Positions 1 through 13,649 of a stretch of 64,000 nt of DNA are shown here, piece by piece. The translations under genes and the position numbers were made by a program. The stretch's first letter is position 1. Every line of letters begins with the position of its first letter. Source of the DNA: Klebsormidium nitens (taxonomy: Eukaryota > Plantae > Klebsormidiophyceae); contig DF237112.1 of assembly GCA_000708835.1 (NCBI GenBank), forward strand, positions 62,001-126,000, read 5' to 3'. The notes under the pieces were generated by a model. That model was given only the letters and a program-made list of their open reading frames with translations. It did not search any database and was not told the DNA's origin.

Positions 1-409
1 GATGCTACAGAGGCTGACAAGGCGGTGACAAGTGCGCCTAGGCTTTAGAGCTTTCTAATGAGAATGAAAGAGAGCGGGGATATGCACCAGCCTCGAAACG
101 GTCTGCTCAAAGCAGACATTAGGAGTAGCCAGGAGGTGGACACTCTTGCCAGTCTGCTTAGACTGGTGTAGGCTATTGTAGAAAGCGTGATTTGTCCAAG
201 CGATGCCTTTTGAAATTTCGTGGAAACTTCTGAGAAGCTGGCTAACTTCTGGTAATTGCAGCCTTAGACACTCCTCCTAAATCGCGGATTGCAAACCTTC
301 ACCGCTGGGCACAGCGATAAGGAAAGATTCTATAGTTGGATAATCCAGCAACTTTAGAGTCCATGATTAACCGTGCTTTTCCTGATGCAGACTCTATGAC
401 AGCACTAGA

Positions 410-3400
410 ATGGCTTCAAGGGACGACTTTGCAAACGCGAGTGAAGTGGTCAAAGGGAGCGTCTACTTTGCCGTGCTTCGAAGAGCAGAATTTGCGAGGT
501 GCTCTACAATCGCATCTTCAAATGTCCTTCTAAACCTCGAGTCGGACCTTCCGCATCTGGTGAGCAACTTGATCGACGAGATCTTGCCAGACATCTACAC
601 TGGCGCCCTGCATCAAAAAATTCAAAGAGCACTTCGTAGTTGATCGCCTTTCCTGTTTAAGGTTTGAATTGTCTTCGTCAAATCATTACTATCCTCGATC
701 CCTATGAAAGCGGGCACAGAATGGTTGCGCCTGCAGCAGTAAGCAAGAATTGCATTGGCTTTGCGATGTCAGCTCCAGATTTGACTTTCCACTTGTCTAC
801 TTCCAGGTGTATGAACCATTTTGTGACGATTTCGGGCCTCTCAATCTTGGTCAGACCTACCGCTTTTGCTGGAAGCTCGAGACTCTTAGACTAGAGGCTT
901 CGAGGCTTGGAAAGAAGGTATACTTCTGGACAACACAGGAAGCGCAGAGGAAATCGAACGCCGCTGTCCTGGTAAGCGCGCCCAAGCTTATCAAATGCTT
1001 TGTTTTCTTGCATACAGTCAGACAGCCTGATCTAGATAAACTGCTCTCATACCAGCTTCGATCCGGTTGAAGCCGCTGTTTGACATAAGCCAGCAACGTG
1101 TAAGAAGGTGGTTGTCGCGAAGACAGCCCTTTGATCATTCAGTGGTTTGGTAATCCTCACAATCTCTTTTTTGCAGCTCGGAGCGTATTCCGTCCTCATC
1201 TTGAGCAAGTCTCCTGAAGAAGCCTACAGCTCCCTTCTCCCATTCCAACCATTCCTGCCTTTTCGGGATCCTACGACAGGGCCTTCGACGTACCATCTGA
1301 CGGTCTACGACTGCCTCTGTGTAAGAACCTTTAAAGTTGAATGTAGTCGAAGATTTGATGAAGCATACCTTTGTGCATCCAAGCCGGGGTGCTGCAATAA
1401 GAGCGGACTACGAATCAAACGCCCCATTAACTTTTTCACTACTGATATTGCAAACCGAAACCTAAGGTTTGGTGTTTTGTTATGGGTATGTGACTTTCCA
1501 TTGAAAAAACTTGAAGCAACGGACTCTCAGCTCAAAAAGTCCAATCCTAGAGGACCCTCTCTTGAAATAGCTAAGCGGAAGCTGCTCTTGTTCGCAGGCG
1601 TTGCAAAAGGCAACAACCCTCGGATGGATCGAATTCAGAAACTTCGACATCAGTCACTATGAGCACTTTGAACAGGTGAGCGGGTGACTGCCAGGAAAAA
1701 GTTTGATTTCTATCAGGCAGACGCAGACACTCCTCGAGAATGCAAAGGATTTTGTCTTCGACACTCTTTCTGGCTCATCTGGTCTCGAGGCGCATAGTGA
1801 GTTCTAGGAACCTAGCTCTCCAACGCGGACTCATATGTGACTGCAGGTGGAGAACGGAGATCTGAACTGGATCATCCCAGGAAAGCTCCTCGCTTTCAGC
1901 GGACCCCAGGCCAAAAGGACTGAGGTGCGCTTTCCTTTTTGTATCAAACTCTTCATGGCTGAGCAGACGGTCTAATGGCCTGCTTCGTACCGTTTACCGC
2001 AACCGCAGGCTCGATCGTTTCGCGTACCTTTCCGAGTCAAGTAAGCCCTGTCACAGAAGGTTAGTAGATGCTGACTACCTCCTAACATGCCATTACCCTA
2101 AATTTGGCGTTGATCCCTGCAGATCTACGGGTATCGTACCTTGGTGCCGGAGGACTACCTGGACTACTTTTACAAGGTAGGAGGCGATTGCTGAATCGTG
2201 CTGAATTGACTCAAAAAATGCTTACTTGCATCAAAAGTAGGGGCAAGAAATGGCGTACGTACAAACGGCTTGTGCCAAGTGAGGTACTTGGAATGACAGT
2301 TACAGCTGAACTTACAGAGAAACTTCTACTGAGCTGAGCTTTGAAGCATATTCTGCGTGGAAGCTGATTCAGAATTGATTTCTTAAACGAGCTGTTTCGA
2401 AATACTGATGATATGGGCTTCTAATCAAGCAAACCACGAGCATCTGAATATTATGCTTCCGAACACTTTCTTGGCTGTTGAAGCTAGCGGCCTATTTGAA
2501 ACCCCTCAATCTTTGAACCTCGACGTTCTGTACGTTGCAGACTGGAGTCACGGGGGTCGTTCGCCTCAATAACAAGGTCTACGACCGGAGGCGCTTTACC
2601 GACCATGGCATCGCTCACTACGAGTTGTTCTTTCCGGATGGCAGGTCCGTATCCCCCTCTGTGTTGATCATCACTTTCTGCCTCATCCATTTTGTCGAAT
2701 TGGGGAACAGAAGCGGCAACTTTTGATGGGTAAAGAGGAAGTGCGGTGTGGGCCCACTCTGACCATTGCACTACCTCGGAGCATCTGGGGCGGCAGCAAG
2801 CTTAGCAGCATTACCGTTCAAGGCTCAAGCACACGATCTGAACACGTCTGTCAATCGCTCCTTTCAGCTGCCCTTCGGACGATATCGTCCGCCGTTTTCT
2901 CAAGGTCGTCGAGACCCACCCAGGCGCCTTAGCAGTCCACTGCAAAGCGGGCCTTGGTAGAACGGGCGTTCTGATCGGCTGCTACATGATGAAGCACTAC
3001 CGGATGACGTGCAACGAGGTGAGCATCTCAGAGTTTCCAGCCGAAGCGGCAGGTTTGCAGGAACGTCGACTCACGTTACTTTTGTCTATGTCTACTCAGC
3101 CACTGATCGTGCGATGGTGAACTGGTCTTTCCCTTGACGATTATTTCTTGTATACGAAGTCTTTTACTTTCTTCACCTAGTTGTTCAGGAGTTCCATTTG
3201 GATGTTCTGACCTTACAAAGGGCAGTGCACAAGAGCTCAATATCTGTGCTTCGTATCTTCCGGCAGGTACTGGGGTACCTTCGAATCGTCAGACCAGGAA
3301 TGGTCATTGGACCGCAGCAGCATTTCCTGCGAGACATCCAGGCTGCGATGTGGAAACTGGTAAGGGCTTGATGAATCTGTCAGCTTAACAACAACTTGCA

Positions 3401-5537
3401 AGGTGCTTCGAGAGTCTTGTTAGTTGCTTCGATTGATCTCGCTTTGGAAAAGCAGAGTAAACGTGTGCTGGGAATCAAGTGCCTCCTGCACTCGACCTCA
3501 GATTTCAAATCAAATTGCTACAGCTCAGTCAAATTTATTTTGACCGCCTGATAAGCGGAGTTGATGTAGTCTCAATTTTCGATTTAAGACACATGATAGA
3601 CACTCTTAGCGACTCTGAACGATGAAATGGTAGCGCTTTTGGAGGCGGCTCACCGCCGGAAAGTGAAAGCCATCTTTGAAAGTTCCACTTTTCGTGTATG
3701 CAGTCAATCGAACCATCAAGTTCGGACCGATCCCTTGAAACCGCTTTCAATCGCTTCTTTTCCAGGGTGACGCGATCGCCCCGGATCTTCGCCCCGTAAC
3801 TAGAGGCGGGCTGGACGGCCCGGCTCAGGCGTGGTCAAATCCGCAGGCCGGGCCGCCAGCGACAGCTGCCGCGGCGGTCACGAGGCGCATTTCGGGGACA
3901 CGTGTCCAAGCGCCGATGGGGAGCCCTTACGCGTTTGGGCTGCCACGTCGACGGTCGAGCATAGGCACACGGGGAGAAGGAGAGGGAGACGTAAGTTTTG
4001 TCGTACTTTTCCCCACCGTTCTGAAGGACAGACGACAGCTTTTACACAAGTGCCAGGGATTAAAAGCTTCTGGTCATTAGCAGTTGTCCGTGCAGAGCTG
4101 CATAACCTTCGAACTTCTTTAAATCCACAGAGATCGTGTGGTTCAATTAAAATTGTGAAGAAGGAATTCTGCAGTTGTATAAGCAGTCAAGCTTATTGCG
4201 AATGCCGCGTCTTGCTCGAGAAGTCCAGCAGTTACACGGGCTTCATTTTGTCCAAACCTCTTTGACTCTGTTGTGAACAGGGAGCTGCTCTGCGGAGCTC
4301 CTCCCTTTTCGTTCCCGTTGAGTGCCTCAATGACGAACGAAGCTTGAAAACGTTTCGGGAGTGTATGAGGGTATTGCTGGAAAATTCAAACAACACACTT
4401 CATCCTGTCGAACCCTTTTCAATTCTGTCGTGAACAGGCGGCTGCTCTGCGGAGCTCCTCCCCTTTTACCAGCGGTACCCTTCGCCAGGGGCGGCCGGCC
4501 ATGCGGTCGGCACATGCCGCTTCCTACAGTCGGCGGTGGATGGGTGGCGTCAGCATGCAGACGTCACAGGCGACAGGGACGACCACTCAGACTCTACTGG
4601 AGCTCCTCGACAAGGTACTGATCGCGCAGCATTCCCGGATGCTTCCGATTTTCGTCCGTCGGGAGCGGGACTTATTTTCCCTCGTTTCCAGCTAGCTTGT
4701 TCCACGGATCATATGCAGGGTTATTGCTTCTCTGACTGACCAACAATATGATGTTCCGAAGCAGAGCAGCTGCCGTCCGCCGTTACACTACTTGACGTTA
4801 CCTTATATATCGGAGTTCATCGGCATTCTCAAAGACAGAGCTGAGAGTTCTTCAATTAGCCTTTTCATCCGTCGCATTCAAAATCCAAAATAGCACGCCC
4901 GGCCAAAGGAATCGGCTGCTCCTTCGAAGACCGTCAAAAGTCACCTCTGATTCCGGCTCTCGTTTAGACTACTCAGATTCTCAAGCGCTTTCGTTTATGT
5001 TTGCAGCAGCAGGTGCGCCCTTCCACCGTCGCCCGCCGCTCCTCCTCCTCCGCCAAGCGCGCGAGCACTTTCTCGAGCGGGCAGCCGAGCGCGTACAAAG
5101 AAACCGCGGCGCCTTTCGCGGGCGGTCTCATCGAGGGGGGCGGGAGCGTCGCGGTCGCCACGCGGCAAAGGCGTTTGTCCGCGTTGGCGAGCCTGGGTGC
5201 GCGCGCAACCGGGTCGAGCCAAGCTCCCTCGACAATTAGCACGGGGCAGAGTTTCAAGATCCCGAGGACAGCGTCCGCGATCGCCGCGTCAGGCGCCGCG
5301 GCCGCGCACCAGAGCGGGGCCGCGTCTAGAACGTACGGGTTTGCGTACGGTAGCCAGGTAGAAGCAGAGTCGAGGCAATCTAGGAGCGGCGAGCTTGGGA
5401 GCCAGCCGGTTGGAGTTGTGATCAGGCGGACCATTAACGCCGCAGGGCAGCCCCGGAAGGTGGCTGTACCGGTCGGTCTCGTAGAACAGGACAGGTTGAT
5501 GCGTAGGACCGTGAGTCAGGGCGGGCTCAGAGATTGA
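410..5537 (+). CDS. CDC14: CDC14 dual-specificity protein phosphatase (about 12 exons)
   Basis: Approximate exons: 410-559 ([27 protein letters not shown]|gtgagc), 807-971 ([29 protein letters not shown]), 1178-1320, ~1597-1676, ~1848-1924 ([20 protein letters not shown]), 2122-2177, 2540-2643 ([15 protein letters not shown]), ~2866-3018 with catalytic [10 protein letters not shown] at ~2938-2967, 3267-3360 ([14 protein letters not shown]), ~3768-3964, 4473-~4613, ~5010-5537 (S/A/R-rich tail). All are CDC14 hallmark motifs. The tail exons are less certain. Confidence 0.95.
4255..4475 (+). repeat. Two-copy tandem duplication (~157 bp period) of the sequence upstream of a CDC14 3' splice site
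   Basis: 'gtgaacagggagctgctctgcggagctcctcccttt' (~4274) and 'gtgaacaggcggctgctctgcggagctcctccccttttaccag' (~4430-4472). The second copy ends at the used acceptor. Confidence 0.8.
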
Positions 5538-7274
5538 AGGATTCGGCCAGCTGGCCGCTGTGGTCGCTGATCAGGTAATTCCGTGGAGGGAAAGTTCCTA
5601 TGGCGTCCGCAATTGCATCATCAGAAGCCGGGCGATGTACAAAACAGAGCATGTACCTTGCCTAACAGTCAAATAGGTTTAGCATCAAAAGTCGTAGTAC
5701 AGCCGTAGGGATTATGGAGTTACTTCGGTACTAGCTGCCGCTATGCGATCAGGTCGTTAGGACAATGAGCTTAGAATCAAAGTAGGTAGTGTCCGACAGG
5801 ATCCATTGTCAAACCGGGAACTGCGGTGATTGGCCGGTGCGGTTGAGCAGTTACTGTAAGCACACAGCTGACAAGATTTCTGAGCAATTAGGTGAGGGCG
5901 GCCCCCCGGCGGCGCCAGATATGCCTACAGCTTAGGGGCACATAAGCGGACAGATAATGAACTCTCAGCCTGACGGTGTCCTTTTGCTCTCCTCAGATTG
6001 GTTCAGACGAGCCATGCATTAGTTAATGAATTCTCTAGGTGATCTGCTGAACTATCGTCACTCGCAAACTCGACTATAATACGACAAACATATCTAAGTG
6101 GCTGCATGCCGTGATTTGTACCGAGGTGCGCCCTTGCAGAATCGAAAAAAGTGACAGCTTTCTTCATAGCCGGGCGCCTTTGATTGAGAGCAACATTCTC
6201 AGCCTGATCGCTGTACGTGATAGAACTTACTCTGGCATGCAAAAAAACATGTTGACATGGAGACTTTGTCTTTTTGTTCACGTTCCTATCGCCGTATTCT
6301 GCCCGGCAGCCAACCGACCTGCCAGGGGCCCGCCCATAGACTTTTAGCTCGGGGCATACTGTTCTATGACAGTCTCAGGAGAGTGTCACTCGGCCTTTGC
6401 CAGTAACTCGCTCAGACGGGCCTTTACAGAAAGTTTTCGCGCTCAATGCAATCGTCGGGTACGTCACTGAGTGTGATGAGAGGCTGTGATCTCTCTGGCA
6501 GTGTCACGTATGTGCGCATGCAGCCAAAATTGAACTTTTCGGATGCGGATCCCGAATCAGAGTCGCGATCACTTCATTCGTCATCGTGCTTACCATTTCT
6601 TTTTGATCTGCTGAAATGGGAACTAGAGCTAGTAACTCTCAGTGTATATCCACTGGCAGTTTTTGTCGCAGGCTTTATCCACTTTGCCCGGACGGACGGT
6701 CAATGAAGCCCGCAATGAAGATCCATGCACGCAGCACTGAAAAAACCAATTATCCATAGATAGAAGTGACTTCGTGTCACTGATTGAGTTAGTACAAAAT
6801 TTCTGATTTTTAGAAGGTACGTGCAACATCTCTGAATCTCTGGGAAACGTGTCCTAAGCACCTTGTCTTTGAGGGCCTTGCAAACATGGCTTATAACAGT
6901 ATCATCGACTACAGTATCCTATGATACTAAGAAACACTCGTGAATCAGCAGCTTCCAGTCAAGCATTGGCTTCTTACGCCGACAAGGTCTAGCGCCAGCT
7001 AACCCACCGTTGAGCCCCACACGTTTTATTTATCGATCAGCCAAACATTGCTGGCTCATCATTAAAACTAGCTTTCAGTGATTTGAATGTAAGCTACTTT
7101 TAGCAAATAGACCACTCATGTGGCATATAAATTACGGTACTACAAGCAAATCTACAAAAGTGAACCACACAACTTTGACGAGCCACCGCTCGCTGCTGTG
7201 AGCGGCGTTCAATCCTCTCGTTTGACAACACATGCGAAAGGGCTACTCCCTTTTCGTTCCTCGAACGGCTCTCG

Positions 7275-10200
7275 CTAGAGAAGAACCATGGTCCCGTTAA
7301 CCACGGTTCCGTTGACCATGGTTCCGTTGATCACTCCCACATGCTCAAGACGCGCCGTGATCTCCGCATCGAGACTTGAGTAGTTGTATTGCTCTGAAGA
7401 GAAGGAATTCACCGTTTTGCGTGTAACTCAGGCGCCGGGCGGTCAATAGAAGTTGCTAAACAATGAAACTACAAAACGGGTGCGCTCAGAGTAAGCAGAT
7501 AAACGTAGCAGCTTCTCGTACTTTTTTTTGTCAAGTGACGAATGCACTAAGAAGCCTAGGGAATTGAGGAGTCATCCGTTTCTTTTTCTAGTGCACGTCC
7601 GACTTGCAAAGCAATGAGCCACTTCGCTTCGACCGAGTAATTTGAAGCACTTCCTTTCTGAAGGGACAAACCAGATAAAGAGCCAATCAAACTCAGATAC
7701 TGAAATTGGTAATGCAGTGGCACCGCTCGCCTTCGGTAACCATTTCAGGTCTCGAACAAAACTGCTCTTACGTGCGATGGATTGCTCAATGCTCTTCAGG
7801 GGATGAAAAGATGGAAAGGAAAAAAGCAACAACGGCGCAGAGTGTGTACCAGCGGAAAAGAAGAAATTAAAAGTTGCAAAGTGGACACTTTGCAAATGGC
7901 CCCCGGAGAGGAATGCCAGGAGTTCGGGTGTCTCGATAGGCTCATGACTGATCGACATGAAGGAGTAGAAGGCGGATCCATTGTTGGTACACGTGTCATA
8001 AAGAAGCGAGAAATACGCAATGGACCGATACGGAACAATGAAGCAGATTGTGTGGGGACTTACGAGCGGCCGGCTTGCAAGCCGGTATTGTTGCCCCCTG
8101 GATGTACGAGAGCGTGGAGTTAATACAGCCCCGCAGGCAGTCGACCTGCGCATGCGTCACGTGGCAGGTTCAGGGGAAAGGGATGTGGGTCTTTGAATCT
8201 TGGAAAGAGGCTATGACGACTAGCTTTTCCAGAGTTTGCGCAGAGGATAGAAGTCCTTAAGATACTCCAACAGGCAAAGTTGCAAAACATGTGGACGTCT
8301 CTCGTCAACGTCTTGGTGTGTTTTCGAGAGGGCCAGTATGAAACCTCTTTTAAAGCCTGCTTGACCGAACGGCCGGAGGACTACCATTCGTAAGAAGGCG
8401 ACGACTTTCCAGGCCTCGCACTTGTGCCGTCAGCAGCAAAAACAGTGGGAGTGCCACGTGGCAGCGGCCACGTCAGTGGGGCTCACCAGGTAGGGGTAGT
8501 CGCTGGTGGCGTGGTAGTGGTAGAACGAATGAGAGGCGTCCACGTGGCCGTTGCAGGCGTCCAGATCGGTCGGAAGTTTGCCGCCGTCTCCCTGGAGAGA
8601 AGAGAGTGTATGTTGCTTAGTCTACTATACCGAACGAATTAAGGCGTGTGCCATCCGTTTTCGCGTTACCCATGCGTTTAAGACTGAACCAGAGGGATCA
8701 GTATGAGGGAGTACATGACATTGAAACGTCGTTCTTCTGTCTAGGGGCGGATGTCGCAGTGACGGTGAAGAAAGAAACGCACGATGCATCCGATTATAAG
8801 TGCTTCTCTCGCCAAACTTTCTTTCCTTTTCGGTTTCTGTTTCAGGAAAAGTAAATCATGAAGGCAATGGGAATGAACAACCTCCCCGCTCACATCCGAC
8901 AAGAAGCCGCAAGCGGACGTCAGCAGCTTAAGTTCTGGAGGGGCCGCAAGCCTCAATGCAAAGGCGGCCCTCCGTAGATCTAACGAGCATTCTCTACACC
9001 ATGCGCACACGCGCGCGCAGAGAAGAGTTGTCGGGTACTGTGACCCACTTTGAGCCTCGTTTGGCGACGAACTCAAACCGCCAGGGCAAAACCAGCGAGA
9101 ATCAAAGAAGACACCAAGGCGAGACCAAGAGAAGCGGAGGCAATTATCTGTTTCGGGAAATGCCCAGACACTCACCAGAGGACCATAGATCGGCACTCCG
9201 TCGACGAAGACGCCAAAGAGCGCCGAGTGGTTGTTGGTGGTGTTAACCGGGAGCAGCCAGCTTTGCATGGCGGGGCAGTACGTGAAGTTGGAGTTGCGGG
9301 TGCCGTTGTGAGAAATGGTTGATGAGTCACCCGGCTGCGCAGAAGAAGCAGAATCCATCAAGGAAACGAGAGTTTGCTCAGCAAAGAGAATGGAACGTTT
9401 GGGATGGTTGTATTAAAGCAGAAAGCGAATTGATCGACTCAGTACTTGAGGGAGATAGTCGCTGAGGATCCGGGCTGCGCAGAAGAAAATGAACTCATGA
9501 AGGATACGGAGACTTTGGTTATCAAAGCGAAGGGAACGTCGGATGGTCGTAACAGAGAAGAAAGTATCCTGATCAATTCATTCTCGAGGGAAATAGTCCC
9601 TGAGTCTCCAGGATGCGCAGAAGAGGCAGAAGATAGTAATACAGGAGGCGGAGAGTTTGCTTAGCGAAAAGAAAGGACGTTAAATGGTCAAAACGAAGAA
9701 GACAGCAGATAGATGGTGAAATCGGGATGGGCGATAGGCGATAGTCCGCGTGTCTCCAGGCTGCACAGAACAGATGGGAATGGTCAAGGAGAGGGAGGGT
9801 TCGCCTAACCTTGTGAAACAAAGAAGGCGAAAGTGGGAGGGTCAAACTGAAGAGCACGTAAGGTGTATGTATGGTTGTCAGTATTCAAATTTTAACTGAA
9901 GACACGTGAGTTCGGAGATGCGGTTACCGGTGTTAGAGACATCTATCTATACCATGCAGCCACTTGCAGCTGAAGAAAGCAACCTCCGATTAACGGTGTC
10001 AACGACGAATAAAATGAGGCTGAAACGAGACCGTTGAGGGGTTAAACGGAGAGCAAATTTGGGTCGGGTCTGTCATAGCTGCATCAGCGGTCCTTCGAAA
10101 AAGTGCCCAGATTCTTGGCTGCAACTGAAGCTAGCGTTCAGGTCAGAGGCTTTCAAAGTCAATGCAACCAGTGGGAGAAGGTTTTAATAACTACAGATCT

Positions 10201-12351
10201 GAATACATTCACCAGATTGTAGGGTCTATTAAAGGAGGCGTTATCAGCCGTCTTTAAGCGCTACAACGAGAGCGTGAAGCAAGAATTGAGCGGTTAGCCC
10301 CCACACGTGAAAATCACCAAGAGCTTGGTCAAGGAAAAATCGCTTTCGAAGTGTAATTCATAACGAAATAGGGTGTTAGGACTTGTTTCGCCAGAGCTGA
10401 CGTGACAGATCATAACGAAGGAGACGTCAGCAGAACGAGAAGCGGCTCACCATGGAGTGGTAGTGGTAGGTGTTGACGGGGTCGGGCGTGCTGTGGCCGC
10501 CACACGTGTCGAACGTACGGCCCTCGTAGATGATAGCGTCACGATTGAGTGCATCCACGGCGCTGAAGGACGGGAAGTTTTGTGTTGATGAGTGTCTAGG
10601 ACCGATCAATTGCGCTTCTCGCCTTTATTGCTCAGAAGCAAGTAGACGGTAAGTTACTTGCGGTCCAGGGGCATCAGCGGTGCAATACAATGGAACAATA
10701 TTTTTCAACGAACTGGTCGTTTTCCTAACGGCAGACTTGCAGGGTTGCGCAAATCCTCTATTTTGAAGCTTGGGGGAGAGGTAAGGTGAGTCTCGGAGTC
10801 AACAAATTTTACTCTGGAGACGAGATTGCATCATTTGACTTAGAGCAGAGAGTTTCTCACCAATGTCTCACTTACCTGTACAGCGCTACTCCAGTAAGCG
10901 TGATCCCAATCGGCCCCTTGACTGGGTTTGAGATCCCCACGTAGAGAGCATCGCTTATGTTTGCTTGGAGAACTGGGGTCTGGTTAACGATAACTGGAAA
11001 GTTATAAGACCGAGCCTGTCCGTATGTCATTCCGTTTGGTGCAGGGTAGTTGTGGTCAGTCCAGTTGGTTGGGGGACAACCATTCGATTGGAAGTATCTG
11101 CAAGCAAAGCATGAGTCAAAGTCAGGCTTACGGCCAAAGTTTTGGTTTAGGTGGGGATAGGAGTCGCCGGGGGGAAAGGGTTACGAGGACGAGAATGCGG
11201 CGACGTCTCAGCAGCGGACTGGCGCCAAGAGTAGGAAGAGAAATCAATGCTTTCTAACAATGAAGTTCTGGGAGAATGACGATGCGCAGATGTGACGAAT
11301 TCATGACAGGGAGCCAGCCAACCAAAACTTGGCAGATTTGCGAGTTGTCGAATGTTGCATTTTCACCATTTCAAAGACAGTTTGAGGCCATTCCTAGCAG
11401 ATTTGGTGCGAACCAACTCAGCAAAAGGACTGGAGGCATTGTCGTTCTAAGCTGTATCCAAGAAGCTTCTGAAAGACTGTCCAAAGCTGCAACGCTCTGC
11501 GCCATAACGATGAGCCTCGGGAGCTTGGCAAGCTCTCTGTCAAGCTCCTGAATCAGCCACATTGAATGCATCCAAGGAGAAGCGAGCATTGCCAAGGCAG
11601 AGGGTAGAGCCGTCTGCCGTCTGGCTGCCTAACCTGACCCCTCCTTGTATGGTGTGGTTGACAGAGGGAGCATTGGCGGTGGTACCACACAGCGGATTGG
11701 TGTTGTTGCCTGACAACAAACAGCAAGACCGGTCAGTCCCAGTCAGCACGCATTCTTTAATTGAGCATGGATTGTAACCAGGATGATCGGAATTGGCCAA
11801 CTTTTCTTCCCTCATGCCAGCACTGTTGATGCGGAGACAGGTGATTCAAGCCTAGCAGATACTCTCCAGCTTAGCACGGGACCTCACTTTCACAGACAAA
11901 GGCATTCCCAGCTTGTTCGGCTTTCTCACAGTTATTAGGCAAATGCCCGGAAATGATGCAGCCCTCTAACATCGCCGCACATACTATTCAGACATGAATG
12001 CCCTCAGCAAAGTCCAGATTACACTACCTTCAACCTAGCCTGATGGAGATATAGCGTCCCTTCAATCCTAGAGAAAGAAGCTCAAGTATACCAGCTTCTT
12101 GCCATCCGCGGTGCTGGCAATACTTGATTCATTTTAACCTTGCAAACAGCTCAGGTACATGCTCACCTACTTAATAAGCTCAGAGAAAACAGGCTGTAAC
12201 ATTACATTGCACAATGCACCTATCCAAACTTACCCGCAGTCCTTCCCATCATACCTGCACCGCCACCTGGCCCCCCATTCCCCTGAGCAGTCACCAGACC
12301 AAGGCCTGTGAGCAGAAGCACAGCACTAAATGTCGCAATTGTTTGATGCAT
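7275..12351 (-). CDS. Secreted Cys-rich YHYH-domain protein (8 exons, about 360 aa)
   Basis: Exons: 12351-12255 (signal peptide MHQTIATFSAVLLLTGLGLVTA), ~11822-11626, 11097-10876 (YFQSNGCPP..PVKGPIGITLTGVALY), 10562-10451 (DTCGGHSTPDPVNTYHYHSM), 9334-9176 (HSALFGVFVDGVPIYGPL), 8591-8487 (LDACNGHVDASHSFYHYHATSDYPYL), 8145-8064 (VDCLRGC), 7393-7275 (ends with three NGT motifs, then TAG). Splice phases are consistent where checked. Motifs match the YHYH family (Pfam PF14240) from recall. Confidence 0.85.
9320..9775 (-). repeat. Four-copy tandem array (~140-148 bp period) of 3' splice site + exon start in the YHYH gene
   Basis: Minus-strand junctions: ttctgcgcag|ccgggtgactca (9334, used), ttctgcgcag|cccggatcctca (9474), ttctgcgcat-cctggagactca (~9612, AG lost), ttctgtgcag|cctggagacacg (9760). 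Confidence 0.8.
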
Positions 12352-13649
12352 TGTGCGGAAGATGGGAGCCACGTATGGTCTGAGAGGAAAGTGTCCTGGT
12401 TTCAGCGCCGCTGCGCGCAAATTGAGAAAGATTAGGTTGAAGCTCAAGCGTGAGACAATGCTTGGGGATGTGCGTGGGAAGCTGTTGACTTTATTGAGAG
12501 CGTTTCTGGGGTTGTGATTCGAAAGCTGCGCTCTGGGGGGCAAATGTACATCAGACTTCTCTTGCGAAAATCGATTGCCAACAGGCTGGATTAAATCATG
12601 ACTGAGCAGTCTGAAGATTTGTAGGAGACGCAGAGAATCTCGAGAGCTGCTCTGTGGCTTCAGGACGAGCTCCGCGCTATGCGGGCTACTTTAGGCACTG
12701 CCCTACACCAAGTTCGTCCACAGCCCCTCCTATTAAGCCGCATATGCGGCTGCTGCTGAAAAAGGGCGCCCCATATGCCGCTGTGAGCCTAAAAGCTGCA
12801 AACCACATACCGTCGCGTCAAACGATAATTTTGACAGTCTTTTCGATATCGACAGTCAAACAAAAGTATACGGTTTGCAATGTACCTAGACTGTAGTGTG
12901 GCGAACCGGTCAACGCCGAGGCCCGACGGTAACCCGTGCACCTTACACAAACCCCAGAGGATGCCACGTCAGCTAGAAAGAGATAACATTTGGGCAACCA
13001 GTCACTTTCGTCTTAATTCGCTAAAAGCCAAACCCGCCAAACCCTGTGAACGCGCGGTTCCGGCCGCGTACACAGCGCAACCAGCCGGCGCGGCCGACCG
13101 CGATGCGCAATCGAGCCAGCACTTGTCTATTATTTTAGCGAGGCGCGTGTGTTTCGCTTCGGCCGCTTGGGAATTTGTGTGTCCACGACACGAAGGGCTT
13201 TAATAGGTGCTCAGCGCCAAGCCCAACAATAAGGGTTCGAGTCGTGGGGAAGACTTGACCCTTTCACCTTTTGCTTGTTTGAGCCAGTGGTGGGTACAAG
13301 ATACAAGGCTAGGCTTGATTGATTGCTAGCTGACGTCCCGTTTCACCGTTTGAACAAACAACAACTTGAACGCATCAGCAGTACAGCACACTGAAGACAA
13401 CGGCCCTTCCAGCTTTTAGCCCGCAGCTTTAAGTTCAAATCGAGTATGGACAAATTAAACCCCGCAGTTCTGCGCCAAGCATTGTTCAGTGGTCTGATGA
13501 AGGCAGTCTCATAAAGAACGTGGTAGAATCTCTCTCAGGGGCTTTGTTAAAAGGAAAAGATGCCAGCTGCGAGGTTTACGGCGATGGGGCGTTGCTGGTC
13601 AAGCTGCTGACATGTCTAGTAGCTGCAAAACTCCGGCCGCTACGCAAAA

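Noticed and set aside
9320-9775. CRISPR-like array (regularly spaced repeats)
   Set aside because: Eukaryotic intron; whole units are homologous and degenerate, with no constant repeat/unique spacer structure and no cas genes.
12690-12792. Possible small MITE (ttaggc...gcctaa, internal palindrome agccgcatatgcggct)
   Set aside because: The terminal match is only about 7 bp, and the flanks are inverted rather than a direct TSD.
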